This document shows positions 35,801 to 49,377 of a stretch of DNA of 51,919 bases, piece by piece (position 1 is the first letter of the stretch; every line of letters starts with the position of its first letter). Both the position numbers and the translations under genes were made by a program. Under the pieces are notes generated by a model that did no database searches, was not told the origin of the DNA, and saw only the letters and a program-made list of their open reading frames with translations. The stretch is from Dirinaria sp. TL-2023a (taxonomy: Eukaryota): contig JAVEBF010000020.1 in the NCBI GenBank assembly GCA_051941275.1, positions 1-51,919 on the forward strand, given 5' to 3'.

Positions 35801-38164
35801 AGACATTTGGCCCCACAAGACTGCAGAAAGTTGCCAAGAACAAGCGTATCGGATCGAGCCCATTAAGGATGAAACTGTGTCGGAACATCTGCCGTGTCAC
35901 GATTGGCTATTAAAAGAGATGATCTCACTCCGGCTCTCCTACGGATTCCAGGTTCTGGTCACGCCTGAAACACCGAGCTTTTTCGATGAGGACTTGGGCC
36001 TTGGCAATCGGTCTGAACTGCAGCTCTCCAAGGGTAGAACAGTACATCGTTTTCGATACGTCGATTCAGAGGTTATCGAGGTAACCTGCTTTCATAGAGG
36101 AACTGCAAGGACGGATTTCAACCCGAGCGCAGACAAGGACTACACACCTTTTATCCAGACTATTCTAGCAAGCACATATACGTCTCAAGTGATGCACAAG
36201 AGCCCGAAGCGCGAAGAACAAGATTGGCAAAAATTCGACACTTTTCTCGCTGGTCGCGGCAAAAGACAATCCGCAGAACTCCTTAAGGGGCTGCACTTCT
36301 GGCGCGCTCGGTTTGTCTTAATACCAGTGGATCCACCCTCGAACTCTCGCCGTCCAGCGCAGTCTTTCAATGAGGACAATGAAGAAGAAATCAGGCTAGA
36401 AGGCATCCGGAAATTAACACAACTCTGGCAGCGATTTCGCTATCTTTCGCCCGATGAACGCCGCTTCCAAGCATCAGCTCGCCAACGTAAGGATACTAAC
36501 CCTCTAGACATCATGTATCAGACTAGAAACCCATCTGCAATCGTAGCTGCTGAGAAAGAAGGTATTGATGAGCATTCGGCTACTGGTGAACCTGTTGAGC
36601 TGTTACCGGAATCGGAGCTATTCCAAAGATCAAATCTCAACCTAGAAACGCTCGCTCAGACAATACAGGGCGAAAAAGGCGTGCGCATGATGGACCGAAG
36701 ATGGCATTTTGTACTCCACTACAATTGTTTCATAGGCTTTGAGCTCACCACTTGGCTTTTGCAAAACTTCCGAGACGTGGATACCCGGGAGGAAGCTATC
36801 CAATTAGGCAACGAATTAATGGCGAATGGTCTGTTTCAGGTGAGTAGTGACTCTTTCCAAATTCCCTTGGGCAACATCATGAAGGCGTGAAACCTATTGA
36901 GCGGCTGGCGCTCTTCCGGCTTCATCGCCCAGGACACGCTGACACGGCGGTTTTCAAGCATGTACAACAACGTCATAATTTCCGCGACGGTAATTATTTC
37001 TACCAAGTCGCGAGTGAGTATCGCGCACCTCGAGCGGAAACAAAGTCGTGGTTTGGATCCCGGAAATCAGTGCCCGCAACACCGGTCTCGGAAGGACTGG
37101 GTAAGGGTTTCCCAGTCAGCCACGCTTCTCGTTCGACTCCCACCAGCGATGCGAATGCAGACAACGATACGGCCGCACCAACCACTGGAAAACAAAATCT
37201 AGGCGTTGCACTCAGCAAGTCTTTGATATACGATGTGGATCACCGCAAGAAATCTCACCGGCCTGAGCTGATCAACCTCCATTACGACCGACTGCATAAC
37301 CCGGATAATTGCTACCACATCCGTATTGAATGGTTGAACACAACATCCAAATTGATTGAAGATGCAATCATTTCATGGGCAACTACAGTAGACCGCTTTG
37401 GATTGAAGCTTGTCGAGGTACCGCTCGCCGAGGCTTCAGCCGTTACAAATATGGATCCGTTTCGAGCGCCTTATGTCATTCGGCTCGCACGAAGCCCGCC
37501 CAGCGAACAGCCTAAGCTTCAGACATATCTGGATGCCAGAACGTTTGCTGCGCCAGCCGCCGCCGATGACCTCTACTACCAGAAGCTGCTTTTGAAGAAG
37601 TTCGACTATGTACTGGACTTTGAGGCAGCAAGAGACTTCCCAGCCGATGTGGACGTCAGCTACTCTTGGGGAAAGCCAGACTACCAGTATGTGCAATACA
37701 TTCACCGCTCCGGCTCTCTCGTAGTGCAAATTACAGACGATGGCAATCTTTTGCTTCTTGCCAATCGACTTTACAACGATCGCAGCATACCGGTTCAAGA
37801 AGAGCGTTCTATAGGAGACGTCGGTCCGCGAAGTAGGAAAGGCCCAGCTATCCGTACAGGCAGCTACCATGGTTCTCCTCGGGCAACCCCCGTTTCCTCT
37901 CCAATCATCCAGGCTATCTCAGGGATGTCCAAGTCACATGTACCGGGTTCAGCGTCAGTGTACGCAACTCCGGAGCAGCTCAAAGACGACTTGGAAGTTT
38001 TCTGCAGCAACGAAGCGACGCTGGATGCATTCTACAGCGACGTCCTGAACAAGCTGCCACAGCCAGGACGCCGTACACCCTTCCTAGAAAGCACGATCCC
38101 ATCGATAGGCCTGCCGCCCAACTTCTCCCTCGAGGACGAAAAAACACCGTACGATGCAAGTTGA
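32803..38164 (+). CDS. IML1: IML1 / DEPDC5 homolog (SEACIT/GATOR1 subunit), ~1657 aa, 6 exons
   Basis: Exons 32803-33165, 33222-33290, 33341-33391, 33498-33893, 33951-36839, 36959-38164, all phase 0. Motifs [78 protein letters not shown] domain [40 protein letters not shown]. Confidence 0.95.
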
Positions 38165-39434
38165 CGAAACAGGCTTTCTTTGGCAGTCCGCGAGCTGGAT
38201 CAGGCAATATGTGACAGGTGGCAGAAAGGCTCCATGCAGTGGGTCATTTGTGAAGTGTTCGCCGCCCTTAAAAATGACGGATAGCCTGTTTGCATAGCGT
38301 GTAGACGTCCTGCAGCCGGTTTCTGCAGAAAATTACCCAAACTCGGACACACTTGCTCCGAACTCCGTGTCTTGGGATTCAGGTCGGGGTTGCATGATGC
38401 TTGACTAACATATCACACCTTCTGTTCTTCCTCAATTCCCCGTCCACGCATTCCTGAACATGTCCAGTTCTCAGCATTGGGAGTGCTTTCCATTACGCAT
38501 GCTCAGATACCTCCCTGGGCCACCCCCTTGAAACAATACGGTAGCAATGCAAGTACCCCGTCCACCAGGAGGCTGAAGTGCAGTCCTTTGCAAGTTCACC
38601 GGGTCGCAAAATGGACGCGGTACACTCGACGCTCTGCTGGGGCTGCCTCGTTAGTGAACACCTTTGCAAGAGATATACCTTATGCTGTGGTCTTTAAAAG
38701 TCGAAATGAATGAAGCCACTTTTCGTAAAGCGCTAGATCCGCGATGTTGCGGGTCTTGGTTGACTATACTTATGTGATCTGCTGAGAATTGAAGGTCAAG
38801 CTTCATACCTATTAAGTTCAGCCTAAGGTACTTGTAGGGTGGGTAGGTACCACAGAAGGTGTTCCGTCCAGATTCGTCGATAGATAATACATTATAGCCC
38901 CATCGGCCCCCAAACGATCCCTGTCCGCAATAATGTGGCAAAGTACTGTACGAGTGCCCGGGTCAGCAGATCGGGCGTGTCCTGTATCCTTCCAGCTTGA
39001 TGCAGATTATTTGTTTCATCAAAGGTATGACGTTAATCTCCGCACATTTCCTCGAACATCGCACATCGGACGTCAAACCCCTTGATCGAGCCACAGCCTC
39101 GGCAATCTCCTTTACACAGAGACAATCTTCCGACGACTTTTATTGGCAACGCCGCATGCGCACATCATACAGAATCAACGTGGGGATACATGGAAGATGA
39201 AAGCTTCGCGTACTTGCAGATCGAACGACTCAGCTGGCTCCTTGTCGCGCCCAATTCGTTTCTTCCGAGTGCTCAGACTTCTTGCATGTATTTATGGATT
39301 TCGTGTAATTCCATGCCAGTGCGCGTTGTACCGATCTCAGCTCAGAGAGGACGGTTATGAAGACCCACTGCGTCTCCGTTTTCACGATCCTTAGCGATCC
39401 TACAAATCTCATATTCGCGACGAGGTAAGTTACC

Positions 39435-41869
39435 ATGCCGGTATGGCTCCTACTGATCTCTTACGCGGTAATTCTCGGTGCCAAAGCCCGTAAGTACTCA
39501 CCCAACCCAGCATCCGTCGGCACGGCGATGTAGAATAGAAGGACCCGTTCGCTGGATTTGAGGACCCTGTTGACGAGTCAACCTTCAGGGTCACTCGCAT
39601 CCCAATTAACAGACAAAGGCGATTTCAATGCCTTGAAGCTGCGCAATGTCTCCTTTCAATCCTCGCCGTCCGAGGACTGCAATATTTGCATCATCGAGGC
39701 CCCAGGAGGCGTCAGTCTGATCTATTGGGCTCCCGAGATTGCTAATGAGGCATCCAACGGCAATGGACAAGGCAATGGTACGGCAGATGAGCCATACACT
39801 CAGGTTGAAGCTGGATTCACCTTGTATAATCGCCTCTTGTCAATCCGCTAAGTCTATCTGACAATACTCCAGTACCTCCCCGTCCGTGTATGTTGTTTAT
39901 AATTCGTTGCAAGCGACTTACGACTGCAACAACGAGCCCGTTCAGACATTGGGCGTGGCCTATGGAAGAAAGACCATCGCCTATTCGGCCAGATTCCTTG
40001 CGTATGGCACGCTATCAAGCCCAGATCAACGATGCGATGAGAATGTGGTGGTTGGAGGCTTCCACACCATCGACTTCTCGGATCTTTATTATCACCCCAT
40101 CACGATCTCCACGACGTCAAAAGCAGGCTGCCCGCCCTATGTCAACCCCCGTTTATCGATGCCAGCGGACCTAACAGACGTCGATCCAGCCTGGCGAAGC
40201 TGCCAACCACTGTACTATGGGGCATTTGATCCGCCAAGAGTCTTAACAAGAGTGAACGGCCCTTTGAGTCCCTCACCAACGCACAGCAAACCTACTTCGA
40301 TGCCGGCTTCTGCTTCGGACCCAATTGTAACAGAGAGCCACAGGAACGTACAGGTGACACATCCAGCAACCCAGGGTCCACCTATACCAGCTATCCCGTC
40401 CGCAACATCCAGTCTAGTCGACCAAGTTTTAACACCCATGGTCGACACTCCAACTCCACCGCAATCGCGCAATCCGCCCATTCCCAAGATTGAACCGGCA
40501 GAGCCTGCAAGTGAGTGAGCCGCTTCTAGCCAGCGATTCAGCGACCTTCGAGTCGAGCCGTATTCGAGTCATTTCTGCCGAGGCGTTACGATCGTCGACG
40601 GCTTCAGTATCGCCAGGGTCAACTCCGGCTGTCGAACAGTCCGATGATATAGATCTGCAAATTACCAGCCCTCACAAGAGCAAACCACAACCCAGTAGTG
40701 CTCACGGTGAAAAGGTACAGCACAGAAATAGCCGAGACCGTCTAGTCATTGTACCTATTAACGTCGGAAAAGGAATAACTTCAACCGTTTTTCTCGTGCT
40801 GCCGACGGCTCAGCCTCCTGAGCCTAAAGCCAGTATTCTGAGTGATGGCCGCCATTCGCCGTCAAACTTACTAGAAAACCAAGTCGGATTTATGTCTAGA
40901 ATTAACAATCCGGATGGGGACCAGAGTAAATGGAGTACACAAACACAGCTACAAGGGCTCTCTCCAGGCCTTGCAAGCCGTCAAGTTGCTAGCCTATCGG
41001 GGACAGACGCAACAGATGACAGACCTGCTTCTGCCAGGGGCGGGGATCTCTCTCAGGCCTCCAGCGTCCATAACCGGTTCACGAGCTCGAGTCTCTTGTA
41101 TCTAGCGTCCTTCGAGAAGCCTACACCGCTTACAATAGGTCCTTACGCGGTGATGGCAGCGCCAGATGGTGGAATCATTCTTGGGAGTCAAACTATCAGA
41201 CCAGGACACAAAATTACCATTGGAGCAGTCCCTGTTTCAGTTGGCGATAGTCAATTGGTAATTGGGAAGTCAACCAGGGTATTCAATGCTGAGACTATCA
41301 CTAGTATCGACGACGAGATCTCCTTCAATTCTGAAGCAACGGTTTTCAGCAGCGGTCATGGCACAAAGACAGCGCCCGAGCTAGGCTCTGGAGTGCGCAC
41401 ATCCAATCTCAGAGTTAGCTCTAAGCTCGCAGAGGAAGTCGAACCAAATCAGCTCTTTGCGATAGACGATCTCCTGGTTACAGAGACAAACGATGTGTAC
41501 CGCTTAGACGCGCTGCCTGTAACGAACGCTAATCAGGGCCAACGCATGACGTTGCGCCTCATTGATGGGAAGGACGGGTCGACTTTGACAAGGTTGGTAA
41601 CTATCCCAACGGATTTTGTCACAGGGTCTGAGAGTAATCGCTCTGAGGCAATACTCATTTCATCGTCCACGATAGCCTTGACAAGCGAGGCTATCGGCTC
41701 TATCGAGCACTTGAGATCGAGCATTTCTCACGGACCTGCCATCCAGACGTCCTTAGCGTCTAGTGAGGCGGCCTCATTGAGTACACGTACGAGGTTTATA
41801 AGGTCTCAAAACTCGGTAGCAGGTAGTGTGTGTGTGTATCTCTCATTGTCGTTGCTTTGGCTACTGTAG
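39435..41869 (+). CDS. Secreted, probably GPI-anchored cell-surface protein of an uncharacterised fungal family, ~729 aa, 4 exons
   Basis: Signal peptide MPVWLLLISYAVILGAKA; exons 39435-39489, 39589-39823, 39873-40510, ~40608-41869 (third acceptor uncertain). Cys-containing domain FTSPSVYVVY..IDFSDL..PRLSMP..DVDPAWRSC..FDPPRVL, Ser/Thr/Pro-rich stalk, GSQTIRPG..ITIGAVPVSVG beta-type repeat, hydrophobic C-terminus VCVYLSLSLLWLL. Confidence 0.75.
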
Positions 41870-42873
41870 CAGGCGTGCTCTAGCTTTAAACCTAGCCTAG
41901 TCAAATACACTCGATGGGACATGAAAACATCTTTTTCTATATGGTTAATTCGACCGCGCAAGACATACAGGAGGACTCGAGAAACCGTAATTTTAGTCTG
42001 ATTGAACTCCAAGATAGCTCCAAATAAGTCTTTCTTACGCATAGGTACGCTCTCCATGGCGACCACGGAGCAAAGGAAGAGTTTGCAACATACGGAAGAG
42101 TAGCTTATAAGGTACTCCGACAGGGTAGGTAAGTGGCTGATTTTGTACCAATACAAAATTAAGAGAGTTAAGAGGGAGAGAGGGAGCGGGAGAGAGACCT
42201 GAGACGAGGAAAAGAAATGAAATAATGCTCTTACAATAGACCAAGCACTCGTCTCAAAACACAAGTCTCCTATTACCTTAATATGGATCTGGCCACTACC
42301 TTACCTTAGGCCCATCATGTACGGTGGCGTATTGGGAAGGTCGCCCGACCGAACGCCGTCCCTTAGGTCAGCTGACTGCTGCGCCTTAAGATTGGTAAGA
42401 TACCCAAGAACTTACCTGCAGACCTACCTAAGGTACATTTATATAGTCCACCACTAGCGGCTACATCTTACCGTCTCCACAACGTACCAGACATTCTTGA
42501 AACTGCCACAAGTACGAGTACAAGCGTCGTTGGCTACCGATATCAGCAAGGCGCCAGTGATGACGCATATCTTGAAACTAACAAGTTGACATATGTAGGC
42601 GTTCCTAGAACTTCGTACCTGACCCATCTTCTCCGCCCTGTAACCGAGCGTCTTGCGCTCGAACAATATATTCATATCATCGGTTGTTCTGCAATATCAC
42701 TGTATTGGTAGATAACCAGAGGGACACTTCCGAGCCACTGGAATAGATCAACGACAAGGAGCTATTATTATCTGGTTAAGGGCACAGCTCTACCGTGAAA
42801 GGCAGTTCGTCCTAATCTCATTACTCAAGCCGTCCGCTCCTCCCATCGACTGCATGCAAAATTTGCGCCTAAA

Positions 42874-44127
42874 ATGGCCACCGAGTTTCATGGAGAGATT
42901 GATGTACCAGAAGCTGCAATTCAAATCATCGACGAGAATGTAATCGCAAGTAGGTCTCAGCTCTGTCCTATTTCGTACTTTCAATCATTGAGTCTACATA
43001 GAAATACAGCGCTGATGGCACCTTACTTGTTACAGAGCTTCCGTCTGGTACTACCAGTAAAAGCGTAGCAGCTCATGGCGCCAGCTACTGGACAAGGACA
43101 GCGCAACTTATCACGAGTCAAGATGATGGGACTGAAAAGCCATACTTTCTCAAGGTACGCCGTTCCTTGATTCCGTCCCCTTCTTTGGCACAATCTAGCC
43201 TTACTCGTTATCAGGTGTCTATAGGCCAACGCGGAAAAGAAATGATGTCCGGCGAATTCAAAAGTATGACAGAAATCCATAGTGTCGTACCTTCATTTGC
43301 CCCGATTCCCATTGCTTGGGGCACGTATGCCTCGAACCCAGACATTCATTTTTTTCTGTGCTCCTTTCACGAAATATCAAAAGAGCTTCCGGATGTGCAA
43401 CGCTTTTCTGCTCGAGTCGCCGAGCTGCATAGTAAAGGCAAATCGCCAACAGGCAAATATGGCTTCCCGTGCACTACTTTTCAGGGGAATCTGCCTCAAG
43501 ACAATAGCTGGACTGACACGTGGGAAGAATTCTACGTCAATGGCATGAAGCGCATGCTACAGCTGGAACAAAAATTGCAGGGTCCGAGTGAAGAGCTGAC
43601 TGAACTTTGTGCTGCCATGTATGAGAAAGTCATTCCTCGCTTACTACGTCCTCTAGAGACAGGTGGTCGACAAATCGAGCCTTGCCTAGTCCATGGCGAC
43701 CTTTATTATGGAAATGCATCCACAGACGAGACGACCAATGAGCCAATCGTCTTCGACGCATGTTGCTTCTATGCGCATAATGAATATGAACTTGGCTCGT
43801 GGAGACCGACGAGATATAGACTTGGACGACCCTATGTGAACGCATATCACAAGAATTATCCCATAAGTGCTCCTATAGAAGATCATGACGATCGGAATGC
43901 TCTATACTCAATCCGTTTCAACCTCCATGCATCTGCGTCTTACCCTGGCGATCAGTTCCGGATCATGTAAGCTTTTCTTCGTGAATTTCCCGAGAGTTTG
44001 TCACATGTCTGAATTTTGCAATGTTAGGATCATCGACGAAATGCGAAGACTTGTTGGAAAATACCCAGGTGGTTTCGAAGAGTGGGAGCGAAATCAGCTC
44101 TGCACGACTGGATCTCCCAAGGCTTAA
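42874..44127 (+). CDS. Fructosamine/ribulosamine 3-kinase family protein, ~348 aa, 4 exons
   Basis: Exons 42874-42949, 43036-43154, 43215-43966, 44028-44127 (1047 nt). HGASYWTRTA, YFLKV..MMSGEF, PIPIAWGTY, SPTGKYGF, VIPRLLRPLE, PCLVHGDLYYGN, FDACCFYAHNEYELG. Confidence 0.92.
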
Positions 44128-46346
44128 GTCTACGGAAGACTCCATGCGAGAGCGTAGATAAGGACTTGTAACATCGCATCGTATTTGAATCTGTTTCACG
44201 TCATGGCACGAGCTTGTTTGCATCAACCATAATTCGACTACATTTAACGTAAGGTGTTGTTTGTACGGGTGGATTATCTAGGAAAAGTTCATATCGGGCT
44301 GTGGAAGCTTTTTCAATACTATCTCATGGACAAGCGCCTGCTTTCGAGAACTAATATTAGAGACCCAATCGACCATGCTACTGAGAGCATTTATCTTAAG
44401 AGGATGTCTACGACCTTGACTACATTTGGGTACCGGTACGGTAGTTGGACTCACTCCTCTTTCGAAAATGCATATTGCAGACGTGTACGAAAGGAGTATG
44501 CGATTACATTCTCCCGAGTGGCAGCCTTCATGTATTTGTCTCGATTTGCTGCGACACGATGTATCATTAAACACAAGCCTAGATCGAGGCAAATGGCCCA
44601 TCCCTCCTTAGGAAAAATTAAATGAAAATCAAATCTTTTCGAAGCGCAACATAACCGAACAGCTAGATGCCAGAATATTACCCTGATCTTCGACAAAAAG
44701 GGTATTTGATGTAGCGCACTAAAGTCTCAAACTCCCCTCCTATTAGCAAATACACCGCAAAAATCCCGAAAGCTCGCTCTAGTGACATCAACTTGAATCT
44801 TCTTGCCCTTTGACGCAGATCAAAGCTCTCCTATTAGAGTCTGGCTCTCGAGCACAAGATGGATTGCTTGAAGTTAGCATCAATGTGACGGCGATGTTAG
44901 ACTCAAGAGTGTCTTCCCATTAAGCTGCGTTCAGGAGCATATAATGGTTGTATCTTGCTTTGCCAAGTATCATCCAAGGACCTCCTTGCCTGTTCGCACT
45001 GTACAATAGCAACATGCAAAAGTCTCGAGAATATTCAGAATAGATTGGGCAATGATGGCCACCTCCACCAGGAAACTTGCTTTGTTTGAATGTGCTGAGT
45101 AATATCCACAGAAGCTGCACGCCTTCTTTAGTTAGAAGATAATTAGTGGATGCCATTCTTCAACAATGCTACATACGCTCGTTTTTGCATAGTGCGGTTT
45201 TATGCATCTGAAAGCGCCCCATGTTGTTTGAATTTAGACATCAAAATGACACTGCTACGTGTTTGATTGCACGAGACATGCATAGAGAAACTTGCCAATC
45301 TGCAGACCTTTGCATCTTTCTCCTCACCGGCTTTGACATTTCTCCAAATCAGCGTATCTTTGATATTAAATGTTTCCGATATCTCTGAACAGAGCTTGCA
45401 ATATCTCTTCCATTATACTTCTTAATCTATGCGCTTCCCTAATTCGTTCACAATTGACACTCGATCTTTTCACGGAATTTTTCGTCCATCATTGTCTTGC
45501 TGTGAGTATAGTTCTTTACGAGACTTTGGAACAATCGATTATACTCTTCATGAAGATATCGACAGTCCGAATATGCCATTGCGATTTCGTAATTGTTTCA
45601 ACACCGCTATCTTCACTAGCTTCTTCAATGTCAATTCTGGATTTGCTGCACTCATCGTCACAGATTGAGCACTCTTCAGGATCATTGTTCTTTGTTGATG
45701 CATTCCCTCTGTATCCTCTAATATATCGTTGTACGCACCTATCAGATCTTAATTTCAATCTCAACTCATCTTTTAGATGGCGACTTTTTCTCTTATTACC
45801 AAGGCTTAGTTCCGCATTATTATTCAGATGTCACCATGCTGAGGCGGCAAGTATTTCATGCTTGATGAGCCGCGGCCTGCGAGGCTGAAGAGCAGCTGTC
45901 CATCTTCTTGGCGGTCTCTTGGCGTCCTATTTTAGAACAACGATCTCCAATCATCCTGTAAGCGCCGGCGACTGCTAATACATTCTTCTATTTCTGTTCC
46001 TATTCAAACTCAGGATAGAAAAGAAACAAGTCTCTAACATGTACGGCCCCAGGAAACCGACTTTGGCTATCAATCGCCGGTGTGCGTTGATGCGAAACAA
46101 TTTACACCCTTCTCCACGCATAACGATGGATATAGCAACATACAACAGGAGATCGATTTGTGATGCTGCTGGGGTAGTATATTCACAAGAAATCTCCACT
46201 TGCCAAATTTTCATCTGTCTTTTAGCTCGTCCTTTGGCTTTCTGCCTGGAGTTGTCCAAAAAAAATTGACAACAGTTTCTTTCCCAAATCTCTAGCTTTC
46301 TTTGTGTTGGACACCTGGCAGTTGCTATTGTTCCCTTGTTCTCTAT

Positions 46347-47043
46347 ATGGCTCCCACTGCTTCTGAAAAGCGTGACGCAGCTTGCACCATTCGTATAATT
46401 GATGATACAGGTGGACCTGAAACCATTTGCGTGCAACAAAACGCTTCTTTGAAGCTTCCTCTCTGGCCAAAGATACTGACAGTAAGCCTCCACGGCTTTA
46501 ATGTCCTTTCAACTATCTCCATCCTGGGGCTCCTAGGTCACACGATGGCTAGTTATTCTGGGACAACAGGTATCAACTTTGGTGGCAGCGTGTTATCCTG
46601 GCCAAACGATATTAACCTTCATCCGATGTATTACTTCTTAACACTTTCAGCCATTACCCTCGTCGTCTCGTCAAACGGGCTTTTCTTCACGCTCCTACGC
46701 CTCAAGCGTCCATCTTTCACCTCTGTAGAGATGGTATTGGCGACCTTTAGCGTCCTCATCCTTGGACTGTGGATCGCTGCCGACTGTCTGGAGGCTCATT
46801 CGGAGCAGACACCGAAGAAGAGTCTCCTTGCTTGGGCATGCCGGCGTGGAAACAGTCCAACTAACGTCCTTGTCCGTTACGGCTCGATTTGCCAGGAGCA
46901 GGTAGGCTCGACCCATCCGGTGCGATCGCAGTTTTTCTAACATACACTAGTTGTCCGTCAAAAACCTCGCAATTCTCGTCACCGTTGCGCAGATGGGAGT
47001 AGTCTTGAGTACTGCAACGACGTGGTGGTTCGCCGAGAAATAA
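46347..47043 (+). CDS. Small multi-pass membrane protein (about 4 TM, MARVEL-like topology), ~215 aa, 2 exons
   Basis: Exons 46347-46901 and 46951-47043 (GTAGGC..CTAAC..TAG intron). Four hydrophobic segments and an LLAWAC...YGSICQEQ loop. Confidence 0.75.
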
Positions 47044-47481
47044 GACAATCTGCCTTAACTTCGAGGTGCGCATTTTTGAACACGCTGCATTGGGAGATAA
47101 ACCCGATACACTCCCCTCCAGTCTTGTCCGTCCGTATCTCTGGCAGGCTGATTATCTGAATGGCATCATGAGACATCGTGGTCCGAGTGCTAGACAATAA
47201 GGGGCTGGAGAGATTGCAGTTGCCACAATAAGCATAATGCTCTGCGGCTTGTTGTTGGACACTTTATCAAGATCAACACACCCTTGAACAGCGTAGGGTT
47301 AGCATCGACTGACGCGACCTTCAAGATCAAAGAGCTCAAACCAAAACTTTGAGTTAGCTTTCACCAATCCACCAAGACCTCACGCCTTTGTTACTCAACC
47401 TCTACAAAGCTTTTCATTACATTCTATATTAGCTTGCTACACTACAACCCTATTCATTGACCTACTAACGTCAGAGCGACG

Positions 47482-48611
47482 ATGGACACTATGAGTACTA
47501 GTATTGGAGTATCCACAGATAAATGCTCGTTCGTCATAAGCCAATATATCAGTACTAAGAAGCTGCACCCACTTGTCGACCAGCTCAGCAACGATGCTAT
47601 GGAGAACTTCATGCTCATGCTCAACCATGACGTCGAAGTTATCAAAGCCCGTTCGCAGGACCTTGACGACCATGAGATCACTGCAGCTCAGAAGGCCTTC
47701 TCGCTCATGGTGAGCCAAGGAAATACCCCAGCAGCTGTTGCGATCTACGTGCAAGAGGTTCTCGGCTTCAATTACGTGGATCCTGGGCAGGGCATGCTAG
47801 AGAAGCTAGCAGAAGCTCGTCGACCGCTTATCGAAAGTAAGCTGTTGCCCGATACGTGAAGCTAATTCTGGCTCAGATGCTGACAGAAGAATTAGAGCAC
47901 TCTGAGCGTGCAACTTCGGCATCACTTCCCACCACAGAACCTATAAATATAAAAGACGGCAAGCTCCAGCACCTTTTGCAGATGTGCGAAACCGCCGAAA
48001 AGGAATTCCGAGCTAAGAGACACGGTACCTATGCTCAGAAGGAAGCAGCCAAGTTCCTCTGTGGTACCATCGAGAATACGATAAACTACAAGAAGTCTTT
48101 GGGATCTTCCGAACAGTCTTCCTCCTTCCTGGCGCCCGACGAAGCCAAGATCCAATCGCTCAATTCTCTGCATAGCCAAGTCCAGCGGGGCCTCACCCAT
48201 GGCTTTGAGCGAAAGCATGGGAAATCTTCCAAGGGCAAGAAGCAGGCTCAGGGCCGCTCGCGCCCTAATCCTCCAGGCGAAGACGTAGTCCTGCACGGGA
48301 AAGTCTCGAAGCAAGCTACGCAAGCCAAGGATCGCTCGCGTCCGGCCCCTGTAGGTGAAGACGCAGTTCTCAGCGGGAACCCTTCTAAATGTTTTATGCA
48401 GGTCCAAGCTCGCCCACCCCCTGCGCTTAAACGTGAAGACGCCGTTCTACGCAGCCCATCTCGCTCACACCCCGCTCTTGTACGTGAAGACGCGGTCCTA
48501 CGGAGCCCATACCGACAACCTCCTCGTGCTGTGTCTCCCGTTAACAAGATGCGCAATTTTCCGGGTATCCCTCGTGGCGGTGACAGGTATCGGCCTACAT
48601 ATCAAGGGTAG
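47482..48611 (+). CDS. Hypothetical protein, ~356 aa, 2 exons, with four degenerate C-terminal repeats
   Basis: Intron 47837-47895 (GTAAGC..GCTGAC..TTAG) joins the 125-aa and 251-aa ORFs in frame. Repeats ending (G/R)EDxVL; C-terminal GDRYRPTY. Confidence 0.7.
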
Positions 48612-49377
48612 GGGAGTCGGAAGCATTGTTTCGTAGTTGAGTTAGTCGACAAGTGGCAGAGATGGAATTTCAATTACACTGAATACCAATTTTAAAAACC
48701 TACAGTCTCAGGTGTTTGGGACCAATCTGTCTTAAAATTCGCACAACCCGATCCAAGTGCGTAGATGCTGGCCTGCTTGATCCCAACAGCATAACCGTTA
48801 GAAGAATGTCACGTGTGAAGATTCGAGTAGTGAGTATAATGATTAGTCTCGGCATTCGTGTGCCTTTTCTCCGTGTTTTTAAAGTCAACAGCATTGGCTT
48901 TGATATCTATTTAATCGTTTGGCGCCGCTGCCCCTTGCGTCTATTTTTCTCACCAACGTTCTATCACACTCCCGATTCAGGACCTATCTATTAACATGAT
49001 CTACCACAATATGATGTTCGTGGGACGCACGCCATTTCCTCACGTTAAATTTAACTGGGCAAAGGTATATCAGATCCTCGTGTGAACAGTTTAAACCATA
49101 TATTGACGCATACAAAAATTTCCTCCCATAATCGTACCGAGCCTACAGTAGCTGCTACAATAGTTCCAGGGTGTAGGTTCTGATTGCAACAATGATAATG
49201 ACTCCTAATATGTCGTTCAGTAATGGTAGCCGACACCATTCCAAATGGGGATACCTCGGATGCCTTCTCACCTGCACACGAGGGACATGATATTAATTAC
49301 CGCGTCACTTTCACGAATCATGAAAGCTGCCGCTTTCTGTATAGTATTGGAATCATTAACAATGTGTTCCTCACAAA

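Noticed and set aside
40511..40529. 19-nt micro-intron that would restore the frame
   Set aside because: Far shorter than the other introns here (45 nt or more) and lacks room for a branch point; a longer intron or an indel is more plausible.
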